A program made the translations under genes and the position numbers. Under the pieces are notes generated by a model. It made no database searches. It was not told the origin of the DNA and was given only the letters and a program-made list of their open reading frames with translations. Shown here piece by piece: positions 10,144-19,900 of a stretch of DNA of 64,000 nt (position 1 is its first letter; each line of letters opens with the position of its first letter). Source of the stretch: Gammaproteobacteria bacterium. Its GTDB lineage: Bacteria > Pseudomonadota > Gammaproteobacteria > UBA1113. The DNA lies in NCBI GenBank assembly GCA_965230425.1, contig CBDDKW010000024.1, positions 141,727 through 205,726 on the forward strand. Reading direction: 5' to 3'.

Positions 10144-11430
10144 ATGACAAAATCTCAGCAAATCTTTGATCGAGCACAACAATTTATCCCAGGCGGGGTG
10201 AATTCACCCGTGCGCTCCTTTGCTGCCGTTGGCGGTAATCCCCTGATTTTCAGCAAGGGCGAAGGCGCCTATATGGTGGATGTGGATGGTCAACGCTATA
10301 TCGATTACGTTGGCTCTTGGGGTCCTCTCATCCTTGGTCACTGCCATCCGAAGATTATGCAAGCAGTGCATACTGCTGTAGACAATGGCCTTAGCTACGG
10401 CGCATGCTGCGAAACCGAAGTTAAATTAGCCGAGAAAATCTGCAAAATCATGTCCCATATTGAACAAGTGCGTTGTGTAAACTCAGGTACTGAAGCTACC
10501 ATGTCAGCGATCCGCTTAGCTCGTGGTTACACCGGTCGCGATAAAATCATCAAATTTGAAGGCTGCTATCACGGCCACAGTGATGCACTATTAGTAAAAG
10601 CAGGCTCTGGCGCTCTCACCTTTGGTGTCCCCAGCTCACCTGGCGTACCAGCTAGTTTTACTGAACATACCCTGGTGGCAACCTTTAATGATCTTGACAG
10701 TGTGCAAGCGCATTTTGAAAAACATGGCGATAATATCGCCTGTATTATTCTAGAACCTGTCACTGGCAATATGAATTGTGTCCCTGGCGAGCCAGCGTTT
10801 ATTCAAGGCTTACGCGATCTGTGTGATCAATACAAAACCGTATTAATTTTCGATGAAGTCATGACCGGATTCCGGATTGGCCTAGGCGGTGCTCAGGCCT
10901 ATTACGGCATTACCCCAGACCTAACAACGCTTGGTAAAGTCATCGGTGGTGGTATGCCTGTGGGCGCCTTTGGCGGCAAGCGTGACATTATGCAATATTT
11001 GGCTCCTGTTGGCCCGGTTTATCAGGCAGGCACACTATCGGGGAACCCCATTGCCATGGCTGCAGGCTTAACTAATTTAATTGAAATTTCTAAGCCGGGT
11101 TTTTATGAACAATTATCTCAAACTACCGAGCAATTAATGCAGGGATTACAAGAGCGTGCACAAGCAGCGAATATACCGCTCGCTACGCAGGCAATTGGTG
11201 GCATGTTTGGGATCTTCTTTACCCAGGAACCTAGCGTAAATTACTTCGAACAAGTCATGGCCTGCAATTTAGAACACTTTAATCGCTTCTTCCATGGAAT
11301 GCTCAATGCCGGTGTATATTTTGCACCCTCTGCCTATGAAGCAGGCTTTGTATCAAGCAGCCACAGTCCCGATGAAATTGAAACCACCTTGCTTGCTGCA
11401 GAGCAAGTTTTTAATACATTAACCGATTGA
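10144..11430 (+). CDS. hemL: Glutamate-1-semialdehyde 2,1-aminomutase
   Basis: Class III PLP aminotransferase. [26 protein letters not shown] is the canonical HemL N-terminus. An RBS (aagga) precedes the internal ATG at 10144. Confidence 0.93.
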   Translation: MTKSQQIFDRAQQFIPGGVNSPVRSFAAVGGNPLIFSKGEGAYMVDVDGQRYIDYVGSWGPLILGHCHPKIMQAVHTAVDNGLSYGACCETEVKLAEKICKIMSHIEQVRCVNSGTEATMSAIRLARGYTGRDKIIKFEGCYHGHSDALLVKAGSGALTFGVPSSPGVPASFTEHTLVATFNDLDSVQAHFEKHGDNIACIILEPVTGNMNCVPGEPAFIQGLRDLCDQYKTVLIFDEVMTGFRIGLGGAQAYYGITPDLTTLGKVIGGGMPVGAFGGKRDIMQYLAPVGPVYQAGTLSGNPIAMAAGLTNLIEISKPGFYEQLSQTTEQLMQGLQERAQAANIPLATQAIGGMFGIFFTQEPSVNYFEQVMACNLEHFNRFFHGMLNAGVYFAPSAYEAGFVSSSHSPDEIETTLLAAEQVFNTLTD

Positions 11431-13025
11431 GGATTAATATGTCTGACAACCCACTTTTGAGCCATTTATTAACTGAGGACTTCTATCCTCATCCTGTAAA
11501 ACACTTAGAATTGATCGAGACACATATCTCTTGGGTTATTTTAACCGGTGATTATGTCTATAAAATTAAGAAACCTTTAGATTTAGGTTTTTTAGATTTC
11601 TCTTCCTTAGAAAAGCGTCAACACTATTGCAATGCAGAAGTGGAATTAAATAAAACCTTAGCACCGGATATTTATTTAGATGTATTACCTATTACCGGTA
11701 GTGAAACCGCACCTGAATTAAATGGCAGCGGTGATGCCATTGAATACGTCATTAAAATGCGCGAGTTCTCCCAAGAATGTTTATTCACAGAATTATTGTC
11801 TCAGAATAAATTACAAGCCACCCACATACTCCAAACAGCCACAGCATTGGCTGATTTTCATAGTAAGGTACCTTGCGTTGCGGATGACTCACCCTACGGT
11901 ACCGCTGAGCAAGTCCACGAACCTGTTGTACAAAATTTCGATCAAATTGCACCAATGCTTGATCTTGATCGACAATTAGCACAGTTACAGGCTTTATCTC
12001 ATTGGGCTAATCTCGAACATAAGAAAATAAAAACAGAATTAAGCAAACGTCGTGAAAATAATTTCATCCGTGCCTGTCATGGCGATGTGCATTTAGGTAA
12101 TATTGCCTTAGTGGATGATGCGGCGATGATTTTTGATTGCATTGAATTTAATGAAGCTTTTCGTTGGACTGACACTATGGCAGATTTAGGTTTTCTTGCC
12201 ATGGATTTAGAAGATGTGGAACGCCCTGATTTAGCCAATCTTCTCGTCAATCAATACTTACAAACCAGTGGTGATTATCATGGTTTGAGTGTTTTACGCT
12301 ACTATAAAGCGTACCGCGCCGTAGTCCGCGCTAAAATCACCTTATTCCAATTACAAGATGATACCTTATCAGATACTGCACGCTTAGAGCTAGAATCAAA
12401 ATACCAACGCTGTGCTGATCTTGCTGATTACTATAGAGAACCGGCACAACCTCTATTATTAATCACTCATGGTGTGGCTGCCTCAGGCAAATCAACCCTC
12501 AGTAATGCGCTCGTTTCTACACTGGGTTGTATATCTCTCTCCTCTGACTTAGAACGTAAACGTATGCTCAATCTTGATGCTCATGCCAAAACTAATTCCC
12601 CGCTCAATCAAGGTATCTATAATGAAGACATCAATCAACAAACTTATGAGCGTTTGTATGCGTTGGCTAAACAGCTCATCAGTTATGGCTATCCGGTGAT
12701 CGTTGATGCGACTTTCATTAGACAAGAACATCGAGCGATGTTTAACCAATTAGCTCAAGATCTGCAAGTACCACACGCTATACTGCACTGCCAAGCATCA
12801 GCAGAAACATTAGAAAAATGGTTGCATACGCGCCACCAGCAAGGCAATCATCCCTCTGAAGCAAGGCCAGATATCTTGCAAATGCAGCAGGACACTATGG
12901 ATAGTTTAGATAACACTGAAAAAACTTATACAATCGCTGTGGACATGGAACAATTTCATGATATAAATACAGTCCTTGAGGAATTAAGTCGATTGTTCAG
13001 TAAAGAAAATGAGGCTGTCGCATAA
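11427..13025 (+). CDS. Bifunctional aminoglycoside-phosphotransferase-like kinase domain plus P-loop (AAA_33/zeta-toxin-like) kinase domain protein
   Basis: The N-terminal half has APH/Ser-Thr-kinase-fold motifs ([13 protein letters not shown] ... [13 protein letters not shown]). The C-terminal half has a Walker A motif ([16 protein letters not shown]). The start overlaps the hemL stop (ATGA). Confidence 0.7.
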   Translation: MRINMSDNPLLSHLLTEDFYPHPVKHLELIETHISWVILTGDYVYKIKKPLDLGFLDFSSLEKRQHYCNAEVELNKTLAPDIYLDVLPITGSETAPELNGSGDAIEYVIKMREFSQECLFTELLSQNKLQATHILQTATALADFHSKVPCVADDSPYGTAEQVHEPVVQNFDQIAPMLDLDRQLAQLQALSHWANLEHKKIKTELSKRRENNFIRACHGDVHLGNIALVDDAAMIFDCIEFNEAFRWTDTMADLGFLAMDLEDVERPDLANLLVNQYLQTSGDYHGLSVLRYYKAYRAVVRAKITLFQLQDDTLSDTARLELESKYQRCADLADYYREPAQPLLLITHGVAASGKSTLSNALVSTLGCISLSSDLERKRMLNLDAHAKTNSPLNQGIYNEDINQQTYERLYALAKQLISYGYPVIVDATFIRQEHRAMFNQLAQDLQVPHAILHCQASAETLEKWLHTRHQQGNHPSEARPDILQMQQDTMDSLDNTEKTYTIAVDMEQFHDINTVLEELSRLFSKENEAVA

Positions 13026-13118
13026 GCACAATATCGGCTTGTAGGAGCGCAGGATATCACAGTAGAACGCTACATATGTAGTTATTACTTTGACAATAGA
13101 TAACACGGAGAAACGCTG

Positions 13119-14069
13119 ATGAAATGTATTATCGCTGGTGGTACCGGTTTTGTTGGCCGGGTACTGATCAAGCGTTGGCTGGAAAAAGAAATTGAAATCA
13201 CCGTTATCAGCCGTTCTGAAAAAAAAGTTAAGCGTTTATTCGGCAAGACGGTCAATGTTGTCAGTTGGGCGGATTTTCGTCGACATAGCCATGCTCTGCT
13301 GCATGACTGCCAGTTAGTCATCAATTTAGCCGGTGCTAATATTGGTGACAAACGTTGGTCTACTGAGCGTAAAAGACAAATTCTTGATAGTCGAGTTGAG
13401 ACAACAAAGATACTAGCCTCTGCCTGTGAATCCTTAGCAGATCATGCACCACCATTATTTAATGCCAGTGCGATTGGTGTTTATGATAGACAAGAGGAGT
13501 TAGCTGATCAATTACCTCCTGCGGTGGATGAATCAACTAATATTGATTTTGCTACAGCTCCCAGCTTCCTCACAAAAGTCGGGCGAGCTTGGGAGAGCGC
13601 CACTAATTCAGCTAAAGCTCATGGCGTGCATGTGGTTAACTTACGCTTTGGTGTAGTGTTAGGTAAAAAAGGCGGCGCCTTGGCTAAAATCATGCGTCCC
13701 ATCCAATTCGGTCTCGGCGGCCCCATAGGTACAGGCCATCAACCCTTTAGTTGGATCCATATTGATGATCTCATTGCCGCTATTGAATTTCTTTATGATC
13801 ATCAAGAAATCAGTGGACCAGTAAATTTAGTCGCCCCGCAATGCCTCATGCAAAAACAACTAGCCTCTGCCATTGCAGCCCAATTACACCGACCTTGCTT
13901 TATTTCCACCCCTGGGTTTATCTTTGAATGGATCTTCGGTGAGATGGCTAAAGAATTACTGCTCACTGGTGTACATACAAAACCACAACGCTTGCTCGAT
14001 AGCGGTTTTAAGTTCCAATACCCCCACATTGATGCTGCATTGCAAGCAATTCTTGCTAAAAAGAAGTAG
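13119..14069 (+). CDS. NAD-dependent epimerase/dehydratase of the TIGR01777 (YfcH-like, DUF1731) family
   Basis: Has an N-terminal Rossmann motif (IIAGGTGFVGRVL) and a conserved C-terminal DUF1731-like tail. Confidence 0.8.
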   Translation: MKCIIAGGTGFVGRVLIKRWLEKEIEITVISRSEKKVKRLFGKTVNVVSWADFRRHSHALLHDCQLVINLAGANIGDKRWSTERKRQILDSRVETTKILASACESLADHAPPLFNASAIGVYDRQEELADQLPPAVDESTNIDFATAPSFLTKVGRAWESATNSAKAHGVHVVNLRFGVVLGKKGGALAKIMRPIQFGLGGPIGTGHQPFSWIHIDDLIAAIEFLYDHQEISGPVNLVAPQCLMQKQLASAIAAQLHRPCFISTPGFIFEWIFGEMAKELLLTGVHTKPQRLLDSGFKFQYPHIDAALQAILAKKK

Positions 14070-14319
14070 ATTACTCGCTTAGACAGCCCAAACAAGCATC
14101 CATTAACTGTGCTAGCAAGTATGCAAAGTTTTCTGGCTCTTTGCCTAGCTCATTCACCTCATACTACCCTCCAGCCCCAACAGAGGATATATTTTTAATT
14201 ACCTTGAGAATAATTCTGCTATAATCAATTAACTTATAAAAAATGTATAAAAAAATAAATTCCAAATAATACTTGTAATTATAACACTTAGTGGTATATT
14301 TAAAACATAAGGACATAGT

Positions 14320-14842
14320 ATGGTTATTTTAAAGGGTAAGTCGTTCACAAAGTGGGCAAAATCAGCAGGACTCAAAGACACTCAACTAGAACATGCAGTG
14401 AAGGAAAATAAAAATCCCCGAGGCAAGCCTCGGGGTATTTTATTTCCTAGTCATATTTCGCCTGCGCGAACCAAGTTCGCGCGACGGCGACTTAAGGGGA
14501 GTCTACACTGACTCCCCTTAAGAATCCCCAAGCGTAAAATGCCCGCAGCAAGCTGCGGGGAATCAAGTTGAAGTAGGATTATTCGACGTTCATCTTGGCA
14601 ATGGATTATACAAAAAACGTATTGCTAAAAAAGGCTTCGGCAAACGCTGTAGTTATAGAACTGTCTTAGCCTTTGCAGAAGATAAGCGAGCCATCTTTTT
14701 ATATGGTTTTCATAAAAAAGATAAAGCAAACTTATCAACTATAGAGCTAAAAGTTTATAAACAATTAGCCAAATTATTTTTGACAAGTAAGAATGATGAA
14801 TTACGTACATTGATTAACAATGGTGACTTAATGGAGGTTTAA
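14320..14842 (+). pseudogene. Disrupted HigB/RelE-family (COG4737-like) type II toxin gene. A 29-codon N-terminal fragment and an approximately 85-codon C-terminal fragment lie in different frames, separated by a hairpin-rich insertion.
   Basis: The N-fragment MVILKGKSFTKWAKSAGLKDTQLEHAVKE is followed by translation of the insertion. From about 14576, the C-fragment LFDVHLGNGLYKKRIAKKGFGKRCSYRTVLAFAEDKRAIFLYGFHKKDKANLS... is in another frame with no start codon. Together the fragments span a full-length toxin of about 114 aa. Confidence 0.6.
14407..14575. repeat. Composite element of four GC-rich hairpins (REP/MITE-like) inserted into the toxin gene
   Basis: H1 (14407-14444) is aataaaaa-tccccgagg-caag-cctcgggg-tattttatt. 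H2 (14464-14482) is gcgcgaac-caa-gttcgcgc. H3 (14491-14522) is cttaaggggagtc-tacact-gactccccttaag, a 13-bp stem. H4 (14542-14559) is cccgcag-caag-ctgcggg. H1 and H4 share the gcaagc loop core. Confidence 0.7.
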
Positions 14843-14843
14843 A

Positions 14844-15167
14844 ATGTCTATTATCAAAAAAAAGGATAAGTCAGCCCTTGAGGTTGCACATGAGTTAGCA
14901 CAAGGCTTGCATAAAGCCGGCGTCATTGATGCTGTTACCATGCGAGAGTTTGATGCTGATTGCTTGCCGGAGGTCAAAGTACTATCAGCACAAGACATTA
15001 AAGCATTAAGACTCAGAGAGAATATCAGCCAGCCTGTGTTTGCAAAATGCTTAAATACTACGCCATCCACAGTAAAACAATGGGAACAAGGTGATAAAAA
15101 CCCACGAGGCACATCCTTAAAGTTACTCAATCTTGTCTATGATAAAGGCCTAGGGATCTTATTCTAG
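14844..15167 (+). CDS. XRE-family HTH antitoxin (HigA-like partner of COG4737 toxins)
   Basis: 107 aa with a C-terminal HTH (ENISQPVFAKCLNTTPSTVKQWEQGDKNPRGTSLKLLNLV). It starts 1 nt after the toxin-remnant stop. Confidence 0.7.
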   Translation: MSIIKKKDKSALEVAHELAQGLHKAGVIDAVTMREFDADCLPEVKVLSAQDIKALRLRENISQPVFAKCLNTTPSTVKQWEQGDKNPRGTSLKLLNLVYDKGLGILF

Positions 15168-15206
15168 CTGCAGCTAATATGTAATACTGTGAGGCATGCA
15201 ATGACG

Positions 15207-15422
15207 CTACTGCGACTCCTCTTGTTCTAGCGTCGGTGAATTTAAATGGATGTGTCGTTCACCTGTAAGGACAATATCTTGCTGTGCCTTCTGTTGTATT
15301 TGTTTCCCATTAACTTGCACACTGCCTGACTCTGATAGCTCAATTTGACTATGAGTATTTTTCAATTGGATCTGACCTTGCTGTGTCAGCCTTATTTCCG
15401 CATCACCAAATTTGAGAATCAA
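15207..15422 (-). CDS. Small ORF with beta-helix-like repeats (the frame is open upstream to about 15512). It may be the C-terminal piece of the degraded gene upstream.
   Basis: Has a TTG start in the track. The sequence FGDAEIRLTQQGQIQLKNTHSQIELSESGSVQVNGKQIQ alternates hydrophobic and polar residues. There is no independent ATG or RBS. Confidence 0.3.
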   Translation of the reverse strand: MILKFGDAEIRLTQQGQIQLKNTHSQIELSESGSVQVNGKQIQQKAQQDIVLTGERHIHLNSPTLEQEESQ

Positions 15423-15506
15423 CGTATCTCGAGTGATATAAACATAATCTTCAAGCTGTGTTGAAAACTCTAGGTCTTCAGCTTCACTCGCTCGCTCAAA
15501 AGGCCG

Positions 15507-16497
15507 TTACCTTATCAAACATACACTCTCTCCTATTCCGACTTGTGATTGAACAATCAAAATATGGTGCTTACATTGTCGTATTTTGCGTAGTTGATAA
15601 TGATATGCAAGCAACAATGGCATACTCGCCGCACCTACATAACCCAAAGAATACTCTAATGAAAACAATTCGGGTTGACGGGGATCAGTTTTTCGTGAGT
15701 TTAAAAATACATCTCGGCGTATAATCTGCCACTTGTTAGCTTGCTGCTTCGAAGCAAGTGCATCAAGATATACAGCATTAATAGCATCTGTAGTAATAGA
15801 CCATGCTTGACACCTGTATTTTATACTATCTGTCCAATTAGAATATGATTTCCCTCTATTAGATTGTTTGGAAGATCTTATTTTAAGGTTATTGGCCTTA
15901 TCGGCTAAAGATATCTCCACAAATGCTGCCGCCTCGCCTGGAATAAACCCTACTTCTTGCGCATAATTATCGAGTAATTTATTTTGTCGCATCAGCGCAT
16001 ATAGAATATTCACTGTCAATAAAACTATCCACAGCACCTAGTAACACCTTATTCTCTGCATTATTTTTTAGATCAGTATACATCTGCTGACACAGTAGAT
16101 TAAATGGTGTATCCATTCCCTTAAATTGAATCGATACCTGGCAATCGCCAACATCACACAGCGTTAAAATGAATTTAAACAACGATTCACTAAAATAATC
16201 ACGTCGTTCTGCAGACAGTTCAGGCATCAATAAATAAATGGTAATGTGCTTATCTGATTTATACTGTGCGAGTAAGGGCTGTAAAGCTCGCTGCATTAAA
16301 TCAATAAGACGTTTTTCATAATTATTCATGGGTAGACTTGAATCATCAGCAATTAAGCCATAACTCAAATACTCTTGCTTAGCACAACGCAACCAATCTG
16401 CCTTATGAACTAAACTTTTACGTTGCTTCACTAGAGTAATTAACTCGACTAAAGAATCAGTTAAACCCGTTGCTATACTGGCATTGTTGATATACAT
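15507..16497 (-). pseudogene. Gene remnant split across two overlapping frames (172-aa and 176-aa ORFs overlapping by 59 nt), probably a frameshifted hypothetical gene
   Basis: ORFs 15979..16497 and 15507..16037 are on the same strand in different frames with a 59-nt overlap. A third frame (15207..15512) follows directly after the second stop. Confidence 0.45.
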
Positions 16498-16907
16498 AGC
16501 ATTTAGTTATTCTAATGGAGTTAATTACTCATTTTACAGTTATCGTGCTTGTTCTGACACGAGGCTAATCAGCCTCTAGTGGAGTACAACGTCAATTACT
16601 CGCCCATCATAGGATAAATAAAAAATATTAACAAGCATAAACCAACAGTGTCAGAAAACTATATCCATAGCGTCTCATATTTAAGGTTTTATGGCATGAG
16701 ACATCCCCCACGCTATCAGAGAATCAAACACTGGGCTTTGCTAAGGGAAGATCACACACTCAGCTTGGAGCAACATCAACAGAAACTTTCTAAGTAGGCA
16801 ACATCGCATCAAGAAAAACTTATATCACTCTTCTGTAAAAGCACACCTTGTTGACTTTAAATACATATCCTTTATTATCGAGCACGAGAGTGAGATGAAA
16901 CCACACT

Positions 16908-19900
16908 ATGAGGATAATAACAGTGGCAAAGCATCTTCCTGCAGTGATTGCTGCAATTAAATCGACCTATGAAAATAATAAAGAAGTTATTGAAAGTAAT
17001 GAAAATACCAGTGAACTTATCCAGCTACTCGAACAAGACTCACCTCAATTTATTGATATTGTTCGCCATCTCTATGCGCTGCGCAACCAAACCACAAATG
17101 CTACTATTACAAAACTCACAAGAATCATTTTTTGTGCAGGTCATAAATATCCTTTGTCGTACCTAGCTAAACCAGAAGCTTCATTAAATCAATATGAACT
17201 ACAGCAGATTGAACAAAGTTATCAATTATTTGAAGCATGTGGAAACCAGGATAACAAATTTGAGACGCTACTAGTATTCATACTTAGTCTGTACAACATC
17301 GATGATTGTCAAATCGTCACAATGGACCAAACGGCAGAAAATACTCAAAAATTCCAGCAAGGTATTATCAAGATACTTCGGCTAGCCAATACCCCTGCTA
17401 GCAGAGATCATGAAGATAAAAATGAATATTCTTATCTATTGCGAATTATGATTTATGCTGATGCTACTGCAACTATTGATTTCCTAGATTGTTTTTGTAA
17501 AAAAGACGGATGTTACCAAACCACGGTCGAACAATTTTTTCAAAATGAGCGCATCATAGAGCCATTATGCACAGAATTTTTAAGTCAATTCAAAAGTATC
17601 ACCTCAAAACATGGCCGTTTATTACTGGCGAAACATCAACTATTGAGCCAGCTACACAGTATTCAGAATATAGAAGTTGATGAACCCTTTGCTGACATAT
17701 TCGCTCAATGCTCCGGCTATCAGATTAAGCAAGCAATAGCTAACATACAAAATCATCCTGCTTCAAACAGGAACACAGAACTATTATCTGCAATCATTGC
17801 ACGTTACCAATCACTTTGGCCTGAAAATGCCAACCCTATTCTTGAGAACAATGTAGATAATCTAGCGTTGCTTGTACGTTATTTCTATCTAATAGATGTT
17901 GTATTTAATCCTATACGCAACTTTATGAACTTCACTGCCCCTATTCCGAACACATTACCAGCAGATAAAACATCAACAGTTAGCCAGGTACTCTGTCTGC
18001 ATAATATGGATTGCCCAGTTACTCGTGCACCTTTACTGCTAACTGAAGATACTCCGCTAGTAACTGAGCGTAAATACATAAAGACCGCACAAACATATGT
18101 TATTACAGCCATAGACGTCATCGAAGAATTGATACAAATCATGGATAGCTTAAACGCAAAGATACAGTTACAAAATCAACTCTTGAAAAAATGCATAGAT
18201 TATTTTCACGCACTATTAGATGCCATACGATGGAATGATGGAAGTACATCACAAGAAACTTATGAAGGTTATATTCGTAATCTTCTGGAAGCAATGATGC
18301 CCTTATTAAAATCGAATAAGACACAAGAGCTTGCCACTGATCATTCTGAATTACCTAGCGATGCACTTAAAACTATCTATAAATCTTTAGTCAGCAAGCT
18401 ACCGCTAATGCAGTTGACTAGTCCATTTATAGACAATTTAGTAAATATATTCGACTGTTATCAAGATTTAACCATTTGGTCATTGCTTAAGAAATTTAAA
18501 CAGAATGAAACAAGATCAGATACTGTTCAAAAATTATTAGCGCATTTGAAGGTATCACCCAACTCAACGCCGCAGATGCAAGTTAATTATGCACAAGTGC
18601 TTTATCATGCGCATAAATATCACAGTTACGTACTCACACGAGATGACCTTAGCCAGATACTTATTTTTTGTCCTGAGCTTAGACAACAACTACGAGATGA
18701 CTTTAAAGATGATAGCAAGCAAACAGGCCGCTTAGTCTATTTGTCTTATATGATACAGACCTTTTATGGTGAGGATCTTGAAGCAGATACTGAATTTAAA
18801 GAAATAGCAGATGCACTTAGTAAACAAACAACCCTGGCAGCAAAATACTATGGACAACACCGCCCCACATTATTCAAATTAACTCAGCGCAGTACTTTCT
18901 TAAGCTTCGTCGGAAAACAGCAATTAGCAGATGAGAAATTTAGTGATGTCGATAATATTCAGACATTCCGTCAAATGATGTTGGATGTGCTACGCGAAGA
19001 TATTCCTCTCAGTGCCGAGCTCATAAGCTACGATCTTGTGAGTGAGTGCCCAACTGGTAGAGAACGCACACCAACAGACTTTATGACTCGTGAATTCTTA
19101 GGAGAGACTGCATCAACAACCATGCTATGGGCCTTGGTTATTATGCGTCATTACGCACTAGAAGATGAAAACCCAGATAATGAATTTATTCAAGCCTGTG
19201 AACATAACATCGTTGCATTATTGCATGAAAGTATGGCTACTCGCTTTAAACCATCACCCTATATGGACCTCCCAGGCTATTTAGATGCCCATTTAGCCGA
19301 GTGCTTAGTAAACCTATCTGACAATGAACGTGCTCATATCCCTAATACAGAGGAACTCATCACTGGCCATTATCAACGTGCATTTACGCGAGGTTATCAG
19401 ACGAGGCAGCTTGCTAATCCCGCTCACTTTCCTCGCTATATCGATGTGCTAACAAAAGAAGTCTCACTATCACACTGGCAGATGCTGCAGGCCCTGTTTG
19501 CAGAATGTATACGCGCTGACGAACAAGCTAGCTTTGACAATGAAATATATGCCAAATTAATTATTTATTATAATACCTTAAGGAGCCAACACCCCCAGCA
19601 TCAACGCTTGCATGATATTGAAGCTCAGCTAGATCAGCTAGGCGCCGCACCTTATCAAACATCAGAAAGCTCGGCTCCCCTTGGTCATTGTCGCCTCAGA
19701 TTTTATTTGGCATTGATTTGCATGAATATCTATTGCGATACAATTTTAGATGAAATACTGGCTATACGAACAATCACAGATGAAACACAACAACGAGTTA
19801 TCTTAATTGATATACTGCAGCAATTAGTTGAAAACTATGAACGGTTTAACTTTGATGCGACCAAAGTATCTCAATCACTCGGCAAACTTTTTAAGGCTAT

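Noticed and set aside
14320-14511. 63-aa ORF taken at face value as an intact small protein
   Set aside because: Only the first 29 codons resemble a toxin N-terminus. The remainder is translation of the hairpin element (NKNPRGKPRGILFPSHISPARTKFARRRLKGSLH). It was therefore treated as part of a disrupted gene.
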